Of a stretch of 21,101 nucleotides of DNA, positions 16,483 to 21,101 are shown piece after piece; the first letter of the stretch is position 1; each line of letters begins with the position of its first letter. This DNA is from Bdellovibrio sp. Its GTDB lineage: Bacteria > Bdellovibrionota > Bdellovibrionia > Bdellovibrionales > Bdellovibrionaceae. A program made the position numbers and the translations under genes. Under the pieces are notes generated by a model. The model did not search any database. It was given only the letters and a program-made list of their open reading frames with translations, and had not been told where the DNA came from. The DNA lies in NCBI GenBank assembly GCA_046318155.1, contig JBKCUU010000118.1, positions 1 to 21,101 of the forward strand, written 5' to 3'.

Positions 16483-17085
16483 TTATTGCCCGAGATGAAC
16501 TTCGGGGGCTTCGGCTTCGATCGAGCCTCCGCGCCAGCCGGTTTCGATTTGCAGAGAGTCCCAGCGGCCCCAAGCCCACATCAGGAAAATCACGACGTAA
16601 ACTCCGGCGATTGAGCGCAAGACAAGCTTTTTAGGTAGGCCAAAGTTCTCGACCAAGCCAACAACTAAAATCACGGCGGTAAAAGCAAAGCCGATCAAGT
16701 TAATGGGCGGGATGAGGCCCGACAAAACATGAAAAATAAAGAATGGAAGACTGGCAAAGAAAATCACCGTGGCGAGTTTACGAAAATCCAAAGTCTGACG
16801 GGCAAAGATTTGAAAGAAGTAATAGAAAAACAGCGACGAGATCAGCAAAGTAACAAGCGTCATGATCGGACGAAAGATCAGCCCCAACAAAATATCCAAA
16901 GGGCTGCGGGCAATGAGGCCCGCAAGAGCGCCGGTCATGCTTGTCACTAAAACCTGAACGGTGATGAGCTCAGCCCAGCTCCAGTCGGGAACATTTGCAA
17001 TTTCACGGATGGGATGACGTAAGAAGGCGATCAAACTCTGACTGAGGCTCTGAAGTTTTTGACGGTTGAGAATCTGCTTTGTCAT
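16483..17085 (-). CDS. Yip1-like integral membrane protein (about 5 TM helices)
   Basis: 'FLRHP' N-terminal motif followed by five hydrophobic segments. ATG at 17085 has AAGGA upstream; the start is uncertain. Confidence 0.75.
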   Translation of the reverse strand: MTKQILNRQKLQSLSQSLIAFLRHPIREIANVPDWSWAELITVQVLVTSMTGALAGLIARSPLDILLGLIFRPIMTLVTLLISSLFFYYFFQIFARQTLDFRKLATVIFFASLPFFIFHVLSGLIPPINLIGFAFTAVILVVGLVENFGLPKKLVLRSIAGVYVVIFLMWAWGRWDSLQIETGWRGGSIEAEAPEVHLGQ

Positions 17086-17488
17086 GAGGCTTCTGTCCTT
17101 GTTTGAAGAAAGTCCCTGGTTGAGCCGATCGCCCTTTTCGCTGAGCCAGATCTTGCTCGGCAAGCAGGTCAAGGCGCCGGTCAAGTTCGGGATCTTCAAG
17201 GTGAGCGTTGCTTAGGTCGTCCTCGCAGTTTTTCTCAATTTGCGTCCAAGAAGCAATCAAAAAAGGGACAAGACGCAGGGGCCATGGCCGTGCTGGGCCA
17301 ATCAGGTGAAAAGGCGAGCGTTTCATCAGCTGCCGAAGAGCAAACAAGAAGACGGCAAAATGAAAACGGGAGCGGGGGAGCCGGATCACATCATAACCTT
17401 CGGCTTTGAGACGGTCCGCCAAGGCCGAGCGTTCTCCTGACGACACGATCACCATAGGATGAAGCGTCAGGAGACGAAAGGACCTCAT
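17003..17488 (-). CDS. Hypothetical protein; N-terminal half resembles part of a GT4 glycosyltransferase N-terminal domain
   Basis: ATGA coupling to the upstream OMP stop. 'VIVSSGERSALADRLKAEGYDVIRLP...LFALRQLMKRSPFHLI' resembles a GT-B N-domain pattern. The 3' end overlaps the Yip1-like start by 83 nt. Confidence 0.55.
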   Translation of the reverse strand: MRSFRLLTLHPMVIVSSGERSALADRLKAEGYDVIRLPRSRFHFAVFLFALRQLMKRSPFHLIGPARPWPLRLVPFLIASWTQIEKNCEDDLSNAHLEDPELDRRLDLLAEQDLAQRKGRSAQPGTFFKQGQKPHDKADSQPSKTSEPQSEFDRLLTSSHP

Positions 17489-18165
17489 TCGAAGCTCGTG
17501 TCGAGTTTGAGGCCAAAGCTGAGTGAATTTTTATCGGGAGTTGAAGAACCAAAGAAGGGCATGCGAAGCGAGAGATCTCCGCCGAAAGCAACATTTGGGC
17601 TCAGCTTGGACTCCAGGCCCGCCGCTCCAATAATCATACTTGAAGTTTCTTGGACACTGGCGCGGTTGGAGGAGTCGCTAAAGTTCAAAAAGCGAAATCC
17701 AAGGCCGCCCATAAATTTAGATCTCCAGCGTGCATTCAAATCACGGCGAAATTGTAGGCCGGCATTGAGCTCATTGAGCGAAGCCGACTCGTTTCCGGAT
17801 TGAGTTTTGGGTAAGAAGCGAAAGCCCAATTCGCCGCGTACATTTTCTTGATTGAGGTCGGTCCCCGTCGAGAGCTCGTAGCCAGTTAAGTTTGTCGTAT
17901 AGGTTTTGCCGTTGGTCTGAATCTCATTGAAGGAGTTGGTCATCCCAAGTCCCAGATGCGTGCGACCGGGGCCATTCTTGGTTTTTGAGATTGCGGTCTT
18001 ATCGCGTTTTTCGCTGAGCTCGGTGACCAGGTCATCGTAAGTCAGCTCTTCGTAGTCGCCACCTTTTGCGGCCTGGACTTTCGACCAGCCAAAGGTTGTG
18101 ATGGCAACAGCGACCATCAGAGAAACAATTTTAACTTGATTCGATTTGTTCAGCAGTTTGTTCAT
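17485..18165 (-). CDS. Exported protein, probable outer-membrane beta-barrel
   Basis: Signal peptide ending 'KVQA-A', short acidic helix 'ELTYDDLVTELS', then amphipathic strands (HLGLGM, GELGFRF, GGLGFRFL, LSFGLKLDTSFE). Confidence 0.75.
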   Translation of the reverse strand: MNKLLNKSNQVKIVSLMVAVAITTFGWSKVQAAKGGDYEELTYDDLVTELSEKRDKTAISKTKNGPGRTHLGLGMTNSFNEIQTNGKTYTTNLTGYELSTGTDLNQENVRGELGFRFLPKTQSGNESASLNELNAGLQFRRDLNARWRSKFMGGLGFRFLNFSDSSNRASVQETSSMIIGAAGLESKLSPNVAFGGDLSLRMPFFGSSTPDKNSLSFGLKLDTSFE

Positions 18166-18247
18166 ACCTAAAGCCTAACACAAAACTTTCACCATCCAAG
18201 AGCCTGGTCTTTTCGACTGGACCAAAAAACGCATACAATAGAAGAAG

Positions 18248-18724
18248 ATGACGAAAATCTTTCACCGTATCTTTGCTAAACGGATCAACACGTTCTGCGC
18301 ATTTTGCCGGATTCCGCGCAAGGTCTATAAAAAACGACGAATTGGTCTCGGTGATCTCTTGAGTAGTTTGCTGGGCGCCTTGATCTTGATGGGTTTGCTT
18401 TTTCAAGAGCTCGATGCTCGCGCGATTTTCTTTTTTGTCGGCCTGCTCTTTATTTCAGAAACTTTTATTCAGCTCAGGTGGCGCACGGGTGTGGTGTGTC
18501 CGCATTGTGGTTTTGACCCCGTGATTTACGTGAAAGAACCTGAAAAAGCAGCGCAAAAGGTCAGGGCCCATTTGGAAAAACGTGCCGATGACCCTGCTCG
18601 ATATTTAGGCCCCGCCATGAACATTCCGAGAAGACGTGCGCCGGCGGCCAAGCCTCAAGAGCAACAGGGCAAGTCCACGGCGGCACCTGTGCGCAGGGGC
18701 CAGCGGCTTTCGAAGCAAATCTAA
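18248..18724 (+). CDS. Membrane protein with two CxxC motifs flanking two TM helices (putative zinc ribbon)
   Basis: 'FCAFCR'...TM1...TM2...'VCPHCGFDP', followed by a basic low-complexity tail. Confidence 0.8.
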   Translation: MTKIFHRIFAKRINTFCAFCRIPRKVYKKRRIGLGDLLSSLLGALILMGLLFQELDARAIFFFVGLLFISETFIQLRWRTGVVCPHCGFDPVIYVKEPEKAAQKVRAHLEKRADDPARYLGPAMNIPRRRAPAAKPQEQQGKSTAAPVRRGQRLSKQI

Positions 18725-18804
18725 AACCGCCAGCGCCCGAGCCCGCGAGCAGAATTAACAATCGGGCTTGAGTCCCTCTTCGGGCCTTGTTATCTTAACG
18801 CCTC

Positions 18805-19503
18805 ATGAAGACTCTCGTGATCGTTCCGACCTACAACGAGTTGGAAAATATTCCCAATATCACCCGCGCCATTCTTGAAAAGAATCCGCAGGTTCATCTG
18901 CTGGTGGTCGATGACAACTCACCCGATGGCACCGCCGAAGCGGTTCGTCAAATCATCGCCAAAGACGCTCGCGTCCACCTTTTGTTACGTCAAAAGAAAG
19001 AAGGCCTAGGCCGTGCCTACATCGCCGGTTTTAAGTGGGGCGAAGCTCGAGGCTATGAAGCTATGGTTGAAATGGATGCCGACTTCTCGCACCGGCCTGA
19101 AGACCTCGTTCAAATTTTGAAAGCCTTGCCTGCAAACGATTTTGTGGTCGGTTCTCGCTACGTCGACGGCGGCGCCACAGTCAATTGGGGGCTTGGACGT
19201 AAAATGATCTCCCGTGGTGGAAGTCTGTACGCACGCGTGATTTTAGGTTACCCACTCAATGATTGGACGGGTGGCTTTAATGCCTGGAAGATCGAAACTT
19301 TGCGCAAGATCAGGCTCGATGACGTGAAATCCAATGGCTACAGTTTTCAGATTGATCTTAAGTACCGAGCTCAACTCGCCGGATGTCGAGGTCAAGAAGT
19401 TCCAATAGTGTTTGAAGACCGACGGGTGGGTCAGAGTAAAATGTCACTAAAGATCGTCATCGAGGCATTTTATCGTGTATGGCTCCTTAGACTGCGGACA
19501 TAG
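18805..19503 (+). CDS. Polyprenol monophosphomannose synthase-like GT2 (DPM1/Ppm1 family)
   Basis: 'IVPTYNELENI', 'VVDDNSPDGT', 'KEGLGRAYIAGF', 'EMDADFSH', 'VVGSRYV', 'SNGYSFQI', 'FEDRRVGQSKMS'. Confidence 0.93.
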   Translation: MKTLVIVPTYNELENIPNITRAILEKNPQVHLLVVDDNSPDGTAEAVRQIIAKDARVHLLLRQKKEGLGRAYIAGFKWGEARGYEAMVEMDADFSHRPEDLVQILKALPANDFVVGSRYVDGGATVNWGLGRKMISRGGSLYARVILGYPLNDWTGGFNAWKIETLRKIRLDDVKSNGYSFQIDLKYRAQLAGCRGQEVPIVFEDRRVGQSKMSLKIVIEAFYRVWLLRLRT

Positions 19504-20533
19504 TTCATTTTCTTTGTTTGCGCGGACCTTGACCGCGCTTGTTCTGGTGTTTTCTCTGTCCTTAAAAGCCCAAGACGAATGGATCTCGCAAGACCCGCCA
19601 GAGCCAGGACCGTTTGGCTCGGATTCGGGACCGGGGCAGATTGACCCCACTGGCGGAGCCTTGCTCGAGAGCATCAAAACACAGCCCGCTCCTGAAAAAC
19701 CTGCGGCCACGCGTCCCGAAAAAGTTCGGGCCGCACCAGCCACCCGCAGGGGCAAAGTGATCACCGCCGGCGCTTTGGTTTACAAAACGGCGAGCTTTGA
19801 CGGAAAAGTTTTAGGAAAACTATCTGCGGGAAAAACGTTTCCGATCTCATCCAAAACCGTGGGCCCCTTTTATAAACTCAAAGTGAAAGAGGGGGTTTAC
19901 GGTTATATCGCCGACACCGACATTCGCCCAATTTTGACGGCCAAAGAAATCCAAGCCAAGAAAAAAGCTGGCCTCGAAAAAGCACAAGCGCGCCAAGAGA
20001 AAAAGAAAGAGCAAAAAAAAAAGAAAGCCTTTGAGTTTCAAAAGTACCGCGGCCTCAGTTTGTCGAATGTGAATTTTCGTGAAGAGACGATGGGTCTTCG
20101 CCCGACCGAAACGATGCTCTTTTACGGTGCCAAGTTTTCGGGCCCCGACGTCCTTGTCCAAGGTGGTTACGTCGATGCCAATTTGCTCTTTCACTTCGGC
20201 GCGCCCAAGTATTATTCCGATGCGACCGGCAAGTCAGCTGATGGGTTTGCTCTGCTCATGGATTTTTTGTTTCAGTCGGCGATGCCTCAAGGCGAGAACA
20301 CGTTGCTCATGCTGGGATTTGGGCCGATGTTTAAATACTCAAAATACAGCGTGGCTTTGGGTGTGGGCGGTAAAGAAGAAGCCTATGACATGATCGACAT
20401 GACTGTGGGCGTAGTCTTGAATGCCGGGCTCGCGCAGAGGTTTGACTCATTTGCGCTGCGCGGCGAAATCAAGTATTACTGGGAGAAAATGCAATACACG
20501 GCTCTGGGTCTTTCGGTGCAACTCCCATTTTGA
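19475..20533 (+). CDS. Exported SH3b-domain protein with C-terminal outer-membrane beta-barrel
   Basis: Signal-like 'RTLTALVLVFSLSLKA-Q', Pro-rich linker, SH3b-like 'ALVYKTASFDGKVLGKLSAG...FYKLKVKEGVYGYIADTDI', Lys-rich helix, beta strands ending 'LGLSVQLPF'. Start uncertain (GTG 19475 or TTG 19514). Confidence 0.8.
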   Translation: MYGSLDCGHSSFSLFARTLTALVLVFSLSLKAQDEWISQDPPEPGPFGSDSGPGQIDPTGGALLESIKTQPAPEKPAATRPEKVRAAPATRRGKVITAGALVYKTASFDGKVLGKLSAGKTFPISSKTVGPFYKLKVKEGVYGYIADTDIRPILTAKEIQAKKKAGLEKAQARQEKKKEQKKKKAFEFQKYRGLSLSNVNFREETMGLRPTETMLFYGAKFSGPDVLVQGGYVDANLLFHFGAPKYYSDATGKSADGFALLMDFLFQSAMPQGENTLLMLGFGPMFKYSKYSVALGVGGKEEAYDMIDMTVGVVLNAGLAQRFDSFALRGEIKYYWEKMQYTALGLSVQLPF

Positions 20534-20558
20534 CAAGCCCCCGCCGCTTTTCTAGTTT
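20530..20558 (+). promoter_or_regulatory. sigma70-type promoter directly abutting the mutL start
   Basis: TTGACA(20530-20535)-17 nt-TAGTTT(20553-20558)-6 nt-ATG. Confidence 0.7.
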
Positions 20559-20564
20559 CCCTGC

Positions 20565-21101
20565 ATGCAGCAAATCCAAGAGACCATCAAGGCCCTGCCC
20601 AGCGACGTGATCGATCAAATTGCCGCTGGCGAGGTTGTCGAGCGGCCCGCGCATTTGGTTAAAGAGCTGATCGAAAATAGTCTCGACGCCAAGAGCACAG
20701 AAGTGATTTTAGAGGTCTTCGAAGGTGGACGTCACGTTGTTGTGAAAGACAATGGCAAAGGCATTCAACCCGCTGAGCTCGAATCGGCACTTGAGCGTCA
20801 CACGACCAGTAAAATTGTACGCACCGATGATTTATGGAATCTTTCGACTTACGGATTTCGCGGTGAAGCCTTGGCTTCAATTGCGGCTGTGAGCCGCCTG
20901 ACTTTGAGTTCAAAAGTTCAAGGCCAAGACTTAGGCGCGCGTCTTGATGTTGAGTTCGGAAAAAAGAGCGGCGTTGATCGGATTGGTCACACTTCGGGAA
21001 CGCGGATTCAGATCCGTGAACTTTTTGAAAACGTTCCTGCACGTCTCAAATTCATGAAATCAGCGGCGGGAGAAATCACGGCGATTCGTAATGTGGTGAA
21101 G
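20565..21101 (+). CDS. mutL: DNA mismatch repair protein MutL, 3'-partial
   Basis: Manual translation: MQQIQETIKALPSDVIDQIAAGEVVERPAHLVKELIENSLDA...DNGKGI...RHTTSKI...TYGFRGEALASI...GTRIQIRELFENVPARLKF. Absent from the ORF track because no stop falls in the window. Confidence 0.98.
   Translation, partial: MQQIQETIKALPSDVIDQIAAGEVVERPAHLVKELIENSLDAKSTEVILEVFEGGRHVVVKDNGKGIQPAELESALERHTTSKIVRTDDLWNLSTYGFRGEALASIAAVSRLTLSSKVQGQDLGARLDVEFGKKSGVDRIGHTSGTRIQIRELFENVPARLKFMKSAAGEITAIRNVVK

Noticed and set aside
18725..18772. GCCCGA...TCGGGC inverted repeat as a terminator
   Set aside because: Short stem, long loop and no U-tract.
20659..21042. 127-aa minus-strand ORF
   Set aside because: Antisense to the clearly recognisable mutL.

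Overview
Ordinary bacterial chromosomal DNA of about 50% GC. Gene order and protein sequences suggest a Bdellovibrionota (Bdellovibrio-like) organism; this assignment is an inference. The core is the conserved translation/RNA-metabolism cluster rimP-nusA-infB-rbfA-truB-rpsO-pnp, followed by an M16 peptidase gene and dut. To the left lie a partial RMD1/DUF155-like gene that the ORF track missed, tRNA-Leu(CAA), a large outer-membrane beta-barrel gene, a PilZ gene, a SurA-N-like chaperone gene and a RimI-like GNAT gene. To the right lie two small orphan ORFs, an envelope cluster (Yip1-like protein, truncated GT4-like ORF, two beta-barrel proteins, CxxC membrane protein, DPM1-like GT2) and the 5' part of mutL, also missed by the ORF track. 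No mobile element, CRISPR array, prophage or defence system is visible. The most interesting signals are regulatory. (1) At six to eight non-ribosomal genes a sigma70 -10 box sits only 5-9 nt before the ATG with no usable Shine-Dalgarno, suggesting widespread leaderless mRNAs. (2) The big OMP gene has a sigma54 promoter with candidate enhancer and IHF sites. (3) Structured leaders precede rimP, rpsO and pnp, including a tandem near-palindromic 15-bp repeat. (4) infB contains a perfect (GCT)9 tract.
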